Under the pieces are notes generated by a model. That model was not told where the DNA came from. It did not search any database and worked only from the letters and a program-made list of their open reading frames with translations. Both the position numbers and the translations under genes were made by a program. Shown here piece by piece: positions 11,510 to 28,300 of a stretch of 64,000 nt of DNA; positions within the stretch are counted from its first letter, which is position 1, and each line of letters starts with the position of its first letter. Location of the stretch: positions 448,218-512,217 of the forward strand of contig PS015020.1 of the NCBI GenBank assembly GCA_048213135.1, read 5' to 3'. Source of the DNA: Reclinomonas americana ATCC 50394 (lineage: Eukaryota).

Positions 11510-12283
11510 GCGGTTCGGGGGGGAGAGAGAGGGACGGATATTCGCTGCGTTTTGTGAAAGGGGTCCAATGAACGCATGCAAGGGTTGCCGTCAACAACAA
11601 CAACAAACATCGATGACCAAGTCCAACCATGTCCACACAAACACGGGCAGCGACAAGTTTTCTTGTGCGTGCGCTCCTATACTAATCCAAACAGCAAATG
11701 ATCTCCAACGTGAGCAAGCAGCAGAAACTACAAACAGCGTTGTCTGAGATCCCTGAGACTGGTTCACCAACTGCAAACGAACTGTCGAATCTGCAGGAGA
11801 AACCAGTATATATAGTATACTAGTACGTCTCACATCTCTCCGCGGTATCGCACACCTCTCACTCTGCCAATCCATCACCCATGCGATTGCACTCACACTC
11901 ATCACTGCGCTGCGTGTCCGCGATTTTGCTGGAATACTGCAATCCGAACCGATGAGAAAAGGAAATACAAGGGCATCGGATCTCCCCCCACAACCAACAC
12001 GGATCTCCTGCCGACAACGAACCCGCACCGGCACCATGGAACCGCTGCCCTCGTACACATGCATCACCACATACGCCACCTTCCGCCGTCCACCGAGCCA
12101 CCCCACAGTCACGATTTGATTGGTGCGCATCAATCATTGTCCCAAAAGTTTCGTTTGACGGGGCGGTTGCGAAATCGGTTGGTTTTAGAAATTGGACTTT
12201 TGTGAGAGAGAAGGTCACACCCCTCGCATCGTGTGGCTGCTTACTTGAGTGTGGCGGGAGACAAGTCGACACAACAAGTGGCC

Positions 12284-15200
12284 ATGACAGACGCCCCGAG
12301 TGAGGTTTGGAATGTGAAAGAGAGAGAGTGTGTGGTGAGCACGCGTTGTCCCGCGCAACCGAGTCTCACACACACACGGACGCACCACACAGTGCACTGG
12401 GTGGCGTTGGCAAACCAACTGGTTACCGCGAGGTCGGTCACGGAAGAGCGCAGTCGTCAGCTGCGCCGCACCACGCTCACACCACGGAGCCGCAGTGCTC
12501 AACAGCCGATTGGTTTGTCAATGGAACTTAATTCTCACGCATACATGCGCGCGCACGCTCTCTCTGACACACACGCTCACTTGTGCAGTACATTTTCGGA
12601 GGCTTGGATGACGAGGAGACACTGGGTGACTTGCACGTGTTTGATCTCGGTATGTCGTGGGTCGATAACAGCTTTTTTTCCGATTGCCAATCAACAACTC
12701 ACATGATGTTGGTTTTTTTTTTGATTGCAGAGACACAACAGTGGGATGAGCAGCAGCATCCAGTGGGCATGTCGCCTCCTCCTCGCTCACAGCCCATCAT
12801 GTTCGCGTTTGGAGTGTCGGTGTTTGTTGGCGGTGGACTGGATGAGTACGGCGCACCACTGACTGACGGATGGCGGTTAGACACGGGTGAGGAAAAGATG
12901 CCTGCGTTCGGTGGTGGAGAGAGAGCCTGGGTTCTCACTGGATATGTCGTGCAGAAAAATGGGAGTGGCAGTGCTTGACTCGGACGAACTGGCCGGCGAT
13001 TTATGGGGTGAGTTGTCGAGGCTTTCGATCTCTCTCCTCTTGCAGTTCGCTTTCTGTTGTGAGCTAGATCTCTCTCTCTCTCTCTCCCACCCACCACACA
13101 CACACACACACACTCTCTCTCTCTCTCTCTCTTCTGTCGCAGTTGTCTCTCTCTCTCTTTTCTCCTTCTCCTCGCAGTTGTCTCTCCTGTCTTGAAGTCT
13201 CGTCAGCTCATCCTTTCTCCTTTCCCCGCTTCTGTCTCCCTTCGGTCCTCCCTCGCTGATCCTCGCCTGCACTCTGCACTTTCCTCATCACTCTTCATTT
13301 CACTCTTTGTTCCTTTTCCTCAGTGCCTCGTGTTGCTCCTCCCTTGGTTCCCTCGCTGTTTCTCGCCTGCGCTGTTCACTCTCCCTCATCACTCATGTTC
13401 TTCCCTTATCTGCATCACTCTGCTCCTCCCACCGTATGTTCAATTCCTCATTGTTCCTTCCCCGCAGTGCCTCCTGTTGCTTCTGTATTCCGTCATCATT
13501 TCAGTCACACTCTCGCTGCGCACTTCCTTATCTTCTTTCTGTGTTCCTTCTTCTGCTCCCCTCTCCTCCCTCCCCTTCTTCTTCTTCACTCTTCTTGCAC
13601 TCTGTGCTCCTTCTCCCCACTTCGCCCTTCATTCTCACCCCCTTCCCTGTTCTTCCCCCCTACACAGCCTGTCGCCCGCGTCGGCGTCTTCGCATACTGC
13701 TTCGGGGGACTGGAGAGCGCCATTGGCTCCAAACAGCGCGTACCGACCAACAGCCTGCACATGTTTGACCTGCGGACCCTGGAATGGCAGCAGGTGGGCG
13801 TCCTCGGCGAGCCGCCGGCTCCGCGAGCCGAGCACAGCTTTGTGGCCGTCGGACACATGCTGTACATGTTTGGAGGCATGACGTACACGGGCCGCCTGCT
13901 CAACGACTTTTATGCGTTTGACACTACGGCCCGCGTGTGGCAGTCGCACGGCTCGTTGGCGAATGTCGTACCACGCGCCGGTGCGGTGATTGTGCAGTGC
14001 GGCAGCCGGCATCTGGTCATGTACGGCGGTCGCACCGAGGCACTGAAGGCCACGGCGGATGTGTTCCTGGTCGATTTGCACGGCGACTCATTACGATTCG
14101 AGCCGCGCTATCCACGCGTTCAACAAGTCGACGGCATGCCGTGCCGCGCGCCGCTCTCGCTGCCGGCGCGCGCCTACCACAGCCTCAACACGGTCATGTT
14201 TTCGCGCAAGGCTGCCGCCGGCGGCGGCGGCAGCGAATCCATTGTGTCGTTGCTGGTCAGCATGGGCGGCGTGGACGAGCAGGGCGACACCAATGGCCAC
14301 GTGATGCAGGAGGAGACGACGGCCTTGTCCGCATGGCCGCGCACGTCACTTGACAATGGCTCAGTGACCACGACGACCACTACTACTACAACAACAACAG
14401 ATGCACCACCGCTGGCACAATCCCGCGGCTGCTTCTCCATGCCAAGTCTGCCACCGACCGCGCACACACAACAACCAGCGGCAAAATCCACGACAGGCAA
14501 CGACACGGATGCAAGTCGCGCACCCATGGCGCGACTGAAAACAGCCAATGGTGCACTCGGAACGCACTATATGGACATGACGGCGGCTGCCTCATCCGCG
14601 ACCAGCAATGCGGGGCGGAGCAGCAGCAGCCGCGTCAAGATGGACGCCTCGTCGTCGTCGTCGACCGCAGCAACAACAGCAACAGACGGCAGACCACACA
14701 GCGCAACTCAGATGACGAAGCAGCGACCGCGACGTGGAACGGTGGTGGCAGAGAGTGTCGAGCAGGCCCGCGAGCACTTGCGCAACATGGCACCGCCGGG
14801 CACGGTCGAGAAGCTGGCGGCGAAGAAGAAGGCAGCTGCGTCGGCATCGGCCACGGCACCCACCGCCGTGCACATCTCGGCCAGTGCGCCAGTGACGGCC
14901 TCGTCCACTGCTCGATGCAGTCCGCGGAGTGCCGCCACGTCAGTCGCCGCCGCCGCCTCTTCTGCCACTACCACCACTACCACTGCCGCCGCCGCCACCA
15001 CCACCACTGGATCGACTGCCGCGACGGCAGCCACATCGCCCGAGCGCAAGATGGACCCCAAACGCTGGGAGCTGATCCGCAACCGGAAGGAACACCTGCA
15101 CCGAGCGAAGCGTCTCCACGGCACCGCGCTGGCAGAGTCGTACTTGGAGGCACCTGGCGAGGCACAGTTTCGTTTCTTTTCCTGGGCGTCACCCCCACCC

Positions 15201-16865
15201 CCTCTTATCCGACACTCACTCACTCGCTTCATTCTCCTTTGTCAGTGTGGCCACTCGCGCCCTCGGTCTGGAGCCCATGTCCGAGCGCGACCGACACCGC
15301 CAGCGTATCGCCGAATTGCAGCGACAGCAGGAGGAGGAGGAGCGAGCGGCGGCGTTGCGGCCACCCACGCCACCAGGCTTCCAGATGGCGCACCGCATGC
15401 TAGTGGAGAAGGCGCTCAACTCGAAGCCAGAAAAAGGCAAAGTCTCACGCCGTGCGGCCAAGCGTTCACCGCCTCCACGCCGCGAGCGCCTCAACTCGGT
15501 GCAGATGACGATGCTTGCCGAGGCGTTGCGCTTGCGTCGACAGGATGCGGAGAGGCAGCGAATGGAGGAACAGCGGGAGCTGGAGATGCGCATGGAGGCG
15601 CGTCTGGAGCGCCGACGCCAGCAGGGTCGTCTTGCTCGCCGGGCCAGCAATGCGGCCGACGACGACGACGATGACAGCTCGGACGAGGCAGGGTGCATCG
15701 ACGCACTGGAGCAGGCGCATCGCGAGGCGCTGGTGCAGCTCGCCGCCGAACAGGCTGTAGCCGCCACCTCGTATGTTAAGGAGGAGGTGGAGCAGCCGGG
15801 GTCCGACGACCTGTCGCAACTGCACATTCCGGAGTACCGTCTGCCCGCCACTACCATGTACCAGATCCAGCGGCGGCGGCGTGTGGTTCGCAAGCCAGGC
15901 GCCAAGTCCGTCTCACCGTCGCCCACGCGCACCACACCGCTGCCGATGATTGTCGGCGCGCTGGACGATTCGTCGCTGGCGACGCCACCAGTCGGTGCCG
16001 GCGACACCCCCGGCGTCGGTGGTGGCGATGGTCCCTTTGACGGAGGCGAGGTCAACGAGGTGGATGCCGCAGAGGAGGCTGAGGCTCGCGCCCAGCGCAT
16101 CATTGAGCAGATGCGCCAGCAGTGGGAGCTCGACGATCTGGCGGACCTGAAGAACCGACGCACGACGGGTGTGCAGCCGCGTGTGCCGCAGCACAAGTCG
16201 AGCAACCTGCGAGTCGGTCGTACCGGTATCGTCAGCAACACGAGCCCATGGGTGCACGACCCAGAGGGACCACGGCCGATGTGGAGCAAGACGCGGTACG
16301 GGCAAATCAATCCGCCACAGCTCCGCAGTCTGGTGAAGCACGCGAACATGGCCGATGTGTTGCGCGAAAAGTTTCGTTTACTTTCCCGTCTCCCTTTTTC
16401 TCTCTGACGTGCCAACTAACTTGCTCCTTGTGTGCGCACAGGGAACTTGAGAAGCTGGCGCTGCAGTCGCTGCAGGCGGAGAACGCCGGTGGTGGCCCAG
16501 CTGTGGAGGTGGCTCAGGCACGGTATCAGAATCTGCTGACCGACAGTCGGAATGCGCGTGCGATGCCGGGCTGGTCGACAAGTGCGCACAACCAAGACGG
16601 TTCGGCGGGCGAGCCGTGTGCCACGCCCCAGGTGCTGGCCGCGCTCGCCTCGAGCACTCACGCATTCGGTGGCACTGGCACCAGCAGTCTCGCTGGCAAT
16701 CCGGTGTCCGGTCTCGACAATGAGCGGCCGCACGTGCTGGCGACGCACATTATCACCGACACGTGCCATCTGATTGCCGACTGGCGCACCAAGCATCTCC
16801 CGGCAATGCCGCCTGTCCGGGCCGGTGGCGCAGGCGTTCATCCGACGACGGCTCGGGGTCACTGA
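12284..16865 (+). CDS. Kelch-repeat protein with a long low-complexity/coiled-coil C-terminal half
   Basis: Spliced Kelch motifs PRSHHGAAVLNSRLYIFGG, PRSQPIMFAFGVSVFVGGG, PRAEHSFVAVGHMLYMFGG and PRAGAVIVQCGSRHLVMYGG. Introns 15167-15245 and 16371-16441 connect the downstream ORFs in frame. The start codon is tentative. Confidence 0.8.
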
Positions 16866-17085
16866 GACGAAGGGTGGAGGGAGGGGCGGGGAGAGGGGAA
16901 TGGGGGAGAAAAATATGTGATTTTAACTGTAGTACGTAGGAAGTTCGTTGTGCTTTATAGCTCTGAAGTGTGTGTTGTGTGTGCAAATGGATATAAAGAA
17001 TGCCACATTGTTTCGCTTGATACTACACAGAGACGTCTTGATGCTTTTAATACACGGGAGGAGGAATGCAGGCAGAGGCTAGTGG

Positions 17086-19469
17086 TTACAACACAGTGCA
17101 GCAACCGCTCTGTACACTGGCATTCGGTGCTGGGCCGAGACGACCGGGCTGTCGACCACCTGACGATGGACCTGTGCACAAACGTGAGAAGCTGTATTGA
17201 GAAGGCGAGCGTGCCTTTGCCCCACACACCAGCCTGCTGATTTGCCCTGCTGTTGCTGGAGACGACACCCTGTGGCATGCGTGGCACCGATTCGACCTTG
17301 ATCTGTGCGGGACGCGCGCAGTGAGTCCACCGCACGCAGGGGCGATGTGCAGACGCAGACGGACACACCGATCGATTAATAGCGACACGATCCAGTTTCT
17401 CCAGCAGCGGCAGCATGACACTCTGCACGTGTGGCACAGAATCCTTGGCGAGTTGGCCGTGGCTCGGAGTTCCCATGGCCTTGGCGACACAAGTGAGACG
17501 ATGAGGGTGGACACGGGAGGGGAGGCGACTTGCAGAAAACGCACCACCATGCGCCACCCGAGTGTGGTGCGGTGGACGGTGGCCACAATGAGGGCGTTGA
17601 AGGGACCGAATTCCACCAGCGGATATCGCACAATCTCATTGTATTCGGGGTCCAGCACACGAGTGAACGCCTTCTTTACACTGCGGCGTGCCACGAAACA
17701 AAAGGAAGAGTGAGCAGCCATACGTGCGATGCGCACACACACAATACGGAAGTACCGCGCAAACGTGGCTCCTTGCGAGTACATGTTGACGACGAATGTC
17801 AACGCGAAGATGTGTTGTGGTACGGCACGCAGCGCCACATGCACTTGCTCATCGTCGCCGTCACCCTCACCTGCACGTACACACATGCGCACGAGGGGGT
17901 GAGAATGCAAGCGAGGAAATCAGAGTGTGCATTGCGTGAGAAAAAAGCACCCGTGGTATTGTCGCCCGAGTGGACCACCGATCCTGCCAACGCACACAAC
18001 TGAGCAAGGTCAACACAAAATGCGAGGATACACGCGCGCGCATACCATTGGAGTTGCGTGGTCTTGCAAAGTTCACCGAGTCGGTATCGAGAAAGTTGGC
18101 GTACATGTCAAATGCGAGACAGCTGCGTCACACCATCCGATGAGCAGCTGGCGACACGAGCGTGAGAGAGCAACGCAAGAGAGAACAGAACCTGGCATCC
18201 AAGTCGATGGGAGGCCCCGGAATCATGTCCCATCTGCGTGTTGGCGCCGCGCGTCAGCAACACGCGCTGTTTACTCGCTTCAACAAGAACAACAACAACG
18301 ACGCACCCCAAGCCGACAGTGATGCGAGGCATATCTGGATTGATGCTGATGAGTTCGCCCTTGCGCACAATCGGGATCAAGGCGTCCGGCGTCACGACGA
18401 CCGTGCGGAACACTTGCTGAAGTGAGCGCTGTGTGGTACATGCAGGTAAGAGGATGGTGGGAAGGGAGCGCGCACGATTCGAGGGCGACCACACCTGCAT
18501 CATGGGCACCAGATCGGCAAACGTTCGACCCTCCGCCACATCCATCGTACTGCGCGACACACATCGATGAGCCACGAAGCAGCGCCACTCACACCTCGAG
18601 TCACGCACCAATGCATGTTCCACACCAGCCGCCCATTGGCCTCCTCGGCACGGTAGATCTTGCAGAGCATCATACCTACGCACCAATTCATGAAAAACAA
18701 GACAGCAGTCTTCGCCCTCCTCGTTCCCGTACGCACCAGTGTGTGGCCCACTCGCGCCCGCATACAACTTGTACAACTCAGCTCCATTCGGGTCCAACAC
18801 TCGCACGTGCGCCGTCTACGCAAATGCATACAGTCAGCTGGCGGAAAAACTGCGCATCGCGTGTCATGTATGTTGTACCTTTACAACAGTGAACGGCACT
18901 CCCGAGTACGAATTGATCACCAAGCACAAGGCGGCGACTTGTGGCGGCAAGTTGTCGAGCTTCACTGCCACTCGCTCATCATCGCCCTACACTCTTTCGA
19001 TATCAGCAACACGAGTGAGACTGACAGAAGAGTGCTGAGTGACGCAACCTCTCCAACACCATCGCGGTTGTCGCCAGAGTGCACGAGAGCACCACCAAAG
19101 GCCTCGAGTTTTGCTGTTTTTTTGTATCAAGGCCCAGCGAGTGAGAGAGTGAGAGTGAGTGTGAGAAAGCAGTGCTGTAATGACCGTAATACACAGTGTC
19201 AACGACCACTCCTGTGTGATCAAAGGCCACTGCAGAGGCGTCGAGGTCGACAACAGCCTGCGTGTGTGCATGCGTGTGTAAGAGTGTGTGTGTATATGAG
19301 AGAGACAAGCGCAGTTATACGCACGTCACCCATCATGTCCCAACCCTGTTTGTGTGACAAGTGAGTGTGTGAGAGAGTGAGCGAGTGAGCGAGCAAGAGA
19401 CGCAACAACGCCCAGCATGAGGAACGGGTATCCACTGAGAGAGACCACATCGCCGACTTGCAACGACAT
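17086..19469 (-). CDS. Tandem TerD-domain protein with C-terminal CaaX box (paralogue of 173-2524)
   Basis: About 15 exons: MSLQVGDVVSLSGYPFLMLGVGWD..VDLDASA..HSGDNRDGVGEGDDE..GLGWD..DLDASC..HSGDNTTGEGDGDDEQV, ending SVQSGCCTVL*. Confidence 0.9.
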
Positions 19470-19767
19470 GTTTGATGGAAGACAGAGAGAGTGCGCGCGC
19501 GAGAGCCGTTTTGCTCACGCATTGTCATTTGTCACTCTCTTTCTCTCGAATGGAGCGCGTGCATGTGTTTCTGTGGGAGACACTCAACGTGCTGCGCAAC
19601 TTGGACCTGCTGCAGCAGTGGTGGACCGCATCCGCGTCGACATCGACCGTGAGACAGAGACACAGAGGAGAAGACGAGGAGCAATCGCAGTCAACAGCAC
19701 TGTCGAGAATATGAATGCATTCTCTCATTGTCGCGCTCTGTGTCTGTGTCTGTGGCTTGCATCACTT

Positions 19768-21700
<1,933 letters not shown>

Positions 21701-22164
21701 TGGTGTTGGCGGGAAAATCGAAGGAAAAACACACGTGTTGTCCTGTTTCCGCATATTTTTGAGCGTCGACCTCGACGCGTGTTACGAGAGTCCACTGAGG
21801 AGTGAGCCTTGTAGAACGGACGTGTGCTAGATGTGTGCAGTGTGCTGTCTTTGACACGGCTTGCTTCGCGGCGACTGCGAAGTTGCAGATACCTGTTGAC
21901 GTCCAACATGCTTGCCGAGGGCCCTTGCTGTGACGAGGCGAGGGTTGACGGTTCGGCCACTTGCACCTGTATGCTTTCGCCGTCCGGGCATAGACCCTTT
22001 ACCTCGCGCACTCTTCCATCTCCTCGGGTCACGGTCCGGCCACTTGCGCTTCGTTCCGGCAAGAGCTTTTACCTCGCGCAGCACGGTGAGTTGCACCGTG
22101 TTTTTTAATCGCGTACTGTACACGTACAACAACAACAACAATCTCGTTTTCTCCGTCTCTCTGA

Positions 22165-24399
22165 TTAGAACTTGTTGGCCTTGGCCACCACTGTGCCACC
22201 AAAGCCACCGACCACGCCGCCCACCACGGCTGCGCCGCCAACCGCGAGTGCACTCTGTAGAGAGGAAGAGCAAACGCAAGATGAGGAATACGAAGAGACT
22301 GCGATGAATTCTCTCTTCCTGCGCCACTTCCACAACACGAGGCAAAGAAACTAACTGTTCCTCTCAACAACACTGCCCTATCACGTCACACATACAGCGG
22401 CAATCAACCAGAGCCTTCCTCGTGCAGTGCAACATATTACCATCTCCAACGACTATCTTGCACCCCTTTTCCCTTTTTCTCATCTCCTACTGAACTGCCA
22501 TTCGTCGTCTGTCACCTCGGGTGGCTACCAGCGCTTCCCGCACACATAAAGCAACAGGCGACCACTCTCTAACAAGCATCTTACTCACAACGCTAACTCC
22601 TCTCATCTCCTATCGTCAGACTCTCCACCACGCCTCTCACTGAGCACGCTTCCAGCTATTGCACGCGAACCCAGCGAGTTTCCTGCTCCCTCTCTCCCAC
22701 TCCTCATCTCCAATCGTAATACAGCACTGCCATACTGCGTCTCTTTCTCACCGAGCCTTACGCCAATAAAAAGCGACAGGTAAACACTCTCCAACGAGTC
22801 TCTGTTCTTCCACACTCACTCCTCTCATCTCCAATGGTCAGACACTACTCCCACCACGTCTCTCTCTCTCACTTGAGTCTGTCTCTTTCACACGAACCCA
22901 GCGAGTTTCTTGCTCCCTCTCTCCCACTCCTCATCTCCTTTCGTCAGACATTGCCATTCTGCGTCACTTCCTAACGTGACGGATTTCATTCTGTGCGTCT
23001 CTTACTCTCACCGTCCACAATTTGTCTCCTCTCTCTCTCTCATCCAGTCTCCCTTCCCCTCCTTCCCCTCTCCCTTCCCCCTCTCTTCCCCCTCTCTTCC
23101 CCCCTCTCCGCACCTTGGCACCCAACACCAACCCCACTGGCCCGCCAACCAGCGCTCCCGCACCCGCTCCAAGTAATGTCAGACCAAACACCTTCCAGCG
23201 ACTCGCTCGCTGCAGCTGCTCCACGCCGGCCTCCACGCGATGCTCCGCCTGTGCCACATTGGTCACCACCTGGCTCACCATCTCTCCTTGTTGCTGCAAT
23301 CAGACAAATCGTGAGCACCAGGTAGGCAAGCGCTTCTCTCCACACTCAAGCACCATTGTTCTCGATCGCATCTCATCGGCCATGACAGACAACTCGTGCA
23401 AATCCCGCGCCAAGTGCTGTATCGACTCGGCCTTCTCCAGCGCCAGCGCCTCGTCGACCTCCAGCACGCGCGCCGGAATGGCCTCCACATCATCCGACGG
23501 CATAAACGTCAGCAGCCCCTCCTCCGACTCATCCTCGCTGTGCTCGACATGCCTGCCGACAACACTCGAGCCCGCCGCCGGCTTTCGTCTGCGCAGTCCA
23601 TCCGAAGCACCTGACAACACACACACACACGGTGAGCGATCAGCAGCGACCGGACGATGACGACGGAGCTCGATGTGGATACCTCGTCGTGGTGCTGCAC
23701 GAATCGTCAGACGTCAAACGACAAAGAAGCACGCTGATAGACAGGTACACACGCACGCACCAATAGGCTCCTCCACTCGCCTCTCCTTCTCCCCGGCGCC
23801 ACTGACAATACGCGAAACCTCCAACAAATCGTCCTCGTCCATCGGCAACACATCGTCCGCACTCGCCGTCTCCAGCTCCGGATACAGCTGCGCAAAGCGC
23901 ACACACGCTCGCAGGCCCTCCTGCAGCTGCCGCTCCAATCGCAACAGATCCGTGCGCATCTTGCGCAGAGTCGCCCTGTGCTGCTGCGCAACAGTCCAGT
24001 CCTGCACGAAAATGTCAGTGTCTTGCGCTGTCATCAACCACTCGTGTTTCGTTACACAACTCGCTCGGCCTCCTCCAGCAACTGCACGACCTCATCCGCG
24101 TACTCTCTCCCACGTGTGAGCTCCGCACGCGCCACTCTCACAAAGTGAAGATCCACTCCGCTAGTCGCCGGCTCACCCGACGCCAGCAGCGACGCAGAGA
24201 AGGACGACTGTTGGAGAGGAGAAGGCCGCGGAGATGAAGACTTTGAGGAGGAGGAGGAAGGAGGAGTCGGTGGTCGCGAGCGGAGTTGTGTGGCCAGCTT
24301 GCGAGAGGCGGCGCCGACCAAGTCGCCGACGCGTACAAGTCGAGAACGAATGGCTTCCCAGTCGGTGCTGGAGAGATCTCCAGCAGAGGCGCCTGACAT
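22165..24399 (-). CDS. STX17: Syntaxin-17-like Qa-SNARE with two Gly-rich transmembrane helices
   Basis: SNARE motif AESIQHLARDLHEL..QQGEMVSQVVTNVAQAEHRVEAGVEQLQRA. It is followed by GALVGGPVGLVLGAK spliced to last exon 22254-22165 (SALAVGGAAVVGGVVGGFGGTVVAKANKF*). The start may lie further upstream (in-frame ATG near 24578). Confidence 0.75.
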
Positions 24400-24789
24400 T
24401 CTCCTCGTCTGTGAGAGCAAAGACCGGTCAATTGTCTGATCACTAGCGGGACAACCATTTTTGGCCTCGACGTCGTCGTTGCTGTCGTCGTCGTCGTCGC
24501 GGAAGAATGAGACTGTGTGGTCGTCTGTGTTCCCAAGTGGCGACGTCGAGTGGAATGCGGAGGGTGATCGAGTGGACATAGCGAATTCGAACATGAACGT
24601 CGCTCGACATTTGCGATCGCACAACGCCCGCTTGCACTCTCACACGCACATGTACACGAGCACGTACAGCAGCAGCAGCAGGCGGCTCATAGTCGCCACT
24701 GGGAGTTGTCTTGAGGCGCGACGTTCACTCCCGCCATCCGACAAACCGTTGAACTCTTTCTATTTTTTATTTATTTTATTTGTTGTGCG

Positions 24790-25296
24790 ATGCTCGCCGA
24801 TGTGTTTGACTTGTCGACGAGTGCGTTGCAGGCCGAGTACGCTGAGCTGCGACGAGCGGCGAGCAGTGGAAAGCCGATTGAGTTGCGCGATCAACACCTG
24901 TCTCCTCTCTCTGTCTCCTCTCACTCGTTCTCCTCAGTGCTCGTCGCTTGGAGGTGATCACGCAAGAGCTGGAGGATCGCAACGCAGCGGCGCCTGTGAT
25001 CACTGCGTTGCACACGAAACCCGCTCCTTCTTCTGCGCGACGCGTGGAAGAGCATTACGATGAGGAGGCTGATGACGACGACGATGACGATGACGATGAT
25101 GACGATGTTGGCGAGAGTCGTGCGCCACTGGAAGAGCAACCACAGTGGCCGCCGGCGGCATCTGTGGCGGCCACCTTCAACATCAGGGAGCACGCCAAGC
25201 GACACACACCAGTGCTCACGCGCTTCCCGTCGTGGTCGTCGAGCACGCCGCGCACTCGCAAGGCCATTGCCACGCTGCGATCAGAAGCTGCCTCGT

Positions 25297-25330
<34 letters not shown>

Positions 25331-28300
25331 CACCATGTCGTCGACCAAGGCGAAGAAGCCGGGGTTGGGGCACTCGGCGTCGATGCCGTCGTTGCCGCCG
25401 AGCGCACCCACCTCGGCGCGACGGTCACCAGCTGTGGTGGCACAGACGCCGCCGTCGCAGCCGCCAGCTGTCGTGGAGATGGTCGTGGTGCAGAGCACGT
25501 CGGGCAATCGGTCGTCGCTCAAGCAGCGCATGAAGCAGCGGAGAGAGGCGGCCAAGCTGCAAGTCTGTGTTGCTGTCGCTGTCTTCTGCTGTTTGCTGCG
25601 GTGGCTGACGCACACGTGGGGTGTTGTGCGCAGAAACAAGTCGAGGAGGCCAAGCGGCTCGCAGAGGAGGAGCGGCGCGATCGAGCACGGAACATGCGAC
25701 CGCCGGCGTTGCCGCCGCGCACGACACCGCGCGGTCCGCCTCCGCCGCGGCCTGCGCCACTGCCGTCGGAGAGTGCCGAGCGTGTCACTAGGGAGCGAAT
25801 AACGAGTGTTGTCTCTGCAGTAGGCGGCGGTGTGCGTGGCCAGGGATCTCGAAAGCCACACAGTCGACCAGTGTCGTTGCCTGGTTCTGCGAGCAGTCGG
25901 ACGCTTTTGTCACCGTCGCCGTCGTCGTCCTCGTCGTCACTGTCCGTGTCGGCGCGTGGCAATGGCGTTCGTGTTGGTGGTGATGGTGGTGTTGGTGCTG
26001 GAGGAGGAGGTGGTGGTACTGCGTTGTTGGGCAGAGAATCGAGTTCGACACTGTCTTCTGATGCCAACGATGCCGACGACGACGATGATGATGATGATGC
26101 TGATGATGGCGACGGAGTTGGTGCTGTGTCAGAGGGCGAGGTTGATCGGAGATCTGTGCAAGACGGTGCTGGTGATGAGAATGTTGACAACATGGCGGTG
26201 CGTTCACTCGCAACTGTGGACATTAAACAACATGGGCACGGCAGTGATGACTCTGGTGGTGTCGGCGATGACGGCGATGATGATGACAGCGACAATCGTA
26301 GCGGACATGGTGATGCGCGGATTGGAGTGGTGGGCGAGGGTTCCAGCAGTTCATTGAGTGTACGAGGATGGGCGGAGGGATCGTCTGCGTCCTCGGCTGT
26401 GGTGGCGGCTGTCACTGCACTGGACCGTGTGTATGACGATGGAAGTCCGCAAACAGACACTGCGGCGGCTGCGATAGTGGATGACGGCAGCGTGCTGTCT
26501 CCCCTGTCGGAGGCATTTCCCTCGCGCATCTCGGGACGACGGCGGAGTGAGCCGAGTGTGCCACTTCAATCACTACACAGAGTACAATTGGTGGAGAGTG
26601 CGCATGCAGGTGAGGTGGCGTTGTTTTTGACTCCACAGACAAGAGAGTCCGCTGATGCATTACCCTTCGCCTTTCTGCTTGCAGGCGATGCATCATCGTC
26701 GTCGCTCACCGGCAGTGCGACAACAGCAGAGAAGAGTGCTGCACCGGCTGTGGGACCGTCGGATCTGCGATTGCCACTCGGGGCTCGTCCCTCGTCACCG
26801 GGTACGCTGCTGCTCCCCGTCCCCCACCTTGACGTTGTGCAATCGTGCTCACGTGTGTGTGTAGCGTCGGATGGCGACGACTCCTCCGTTGACGATGCTG
26901 TCGTTCATGCGGCTCCTGCCCCTCTATTCACGCCTTCATCGTCTTCAGGCAGCGAACCAGAGCACGATGGGGAAGAAGAAGAATCGGTAGCCACGACAAT
27001 CACGCCGTCGATAGCGGCACGCACTGCGGTGCCACCAGCGGAGACTCGTGCAGCCAGTGTGCCGCAAGGGCGGTTAGCGGCTGGCAAGGCTGCTGCAATG
27101 GCGGGCGCGGCGTCACACTCGCCGGCGAGTCCTGCGCCCCTTTCGGCATCCACGCCGTCGCCTGCAGCATCGCGAGTCAGCAGTGCGTTCATCTCATTTT
27201 TATTTTTCATGTGCGCCTGTGTCATCGCTCACGTCCACGCATTCGTGCAGTGCAAGATCTCTTTGCGCTGCCTTCGGGAGTGCGTGGTCAGGCGCAAGAG
27301 GAGAGTGTCGGAGCAGCGCCGAAGAAACGTTGCTTACCATTCCCTTCTGCACGTGTATTTGTTGTCGCCATAACATGGAGTGTTTATTTTCGTCTCACGC
27401 AGCGGAACCAGTTGCTGGACGTCGCAGTCGACCGTCGTCGCCACCTCGGCGGCAACCGGGTCGGCCTTCTGATTCGTCAAGCTTGCCCTCGTCTCCTGTG
27501 AAAGCAACTGTGCGGTCGAGACATACCGCCGCAGCATTAGCGGTGGCCACGGGGGACGCCGGAACGCCGTCCTCGTTCTCGCAGCGCTCCGTGTCGACAG
27601 AGCCCGAGATGCGCAGTCCACTTCCATCACGCGTGGGCGCTGGTGGACGCCAAGCACGCACAGGTCGCGACAGCAGTATGAGCAATGGCAGCCACGCCGG
27701 GGGCTCGGCGTATGCCGCGCACTTTCCCAACTTTTTCAGCATTTTTGCTGCCAGCCTCAACCCCAAACTCAACAAGAGCGAGCAGGATTACATGCGCGAT
27801 CTGCTGGAACGCATCTCTGCATTTCGTGCCGACACGAGCGACAGCGAGGGTGATGACGATGGGAACGGTGCTTATGGAGTCGAAGGCGTGGGTGGCGCTG
27901 GTCGCTTGTCAAGGTACGTCGTGATTCATGCTTGAGTGGGGCCGGTCGCCGCTCATTCAGCCGTTGTCTTGCAGTGGGGCTGCCGGCGAGGCCAAGGTGT
28001 GGACTCCCGAGCAGGCCACCGTGCGCTGCCGAATTTCTCGCAACCGTCCCGAAGTGTTGCGTTGTAATCGACCGCGCAATGTCGCTCTCGCGAGTCTCTC
28101 ATGAACTCCCTCGTCTTTGCCAGTTACGCCGTGGTTCTGCGCGGGATGAGCCTTGCGCCGTCAATGTGGCAGGAGTGTCGACGCGCCGGCATGCTGTGGT
28201 CAGTGTGTGTCTGCTGATGATGTGTGCGCGATTGTCGCTGATGTGTGCAACTCAGGAACCTGATGTGGACGTGGAGTCGATCGAAGATCAACCACGCGGA

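Noticed and set aside
21824-22354. Possible plus-strand gene between DPM1 and STX17
   Set aside because: The best ORF is the antisense shadow of the STX17 last exon, and the rest has no recognisable coding signal.
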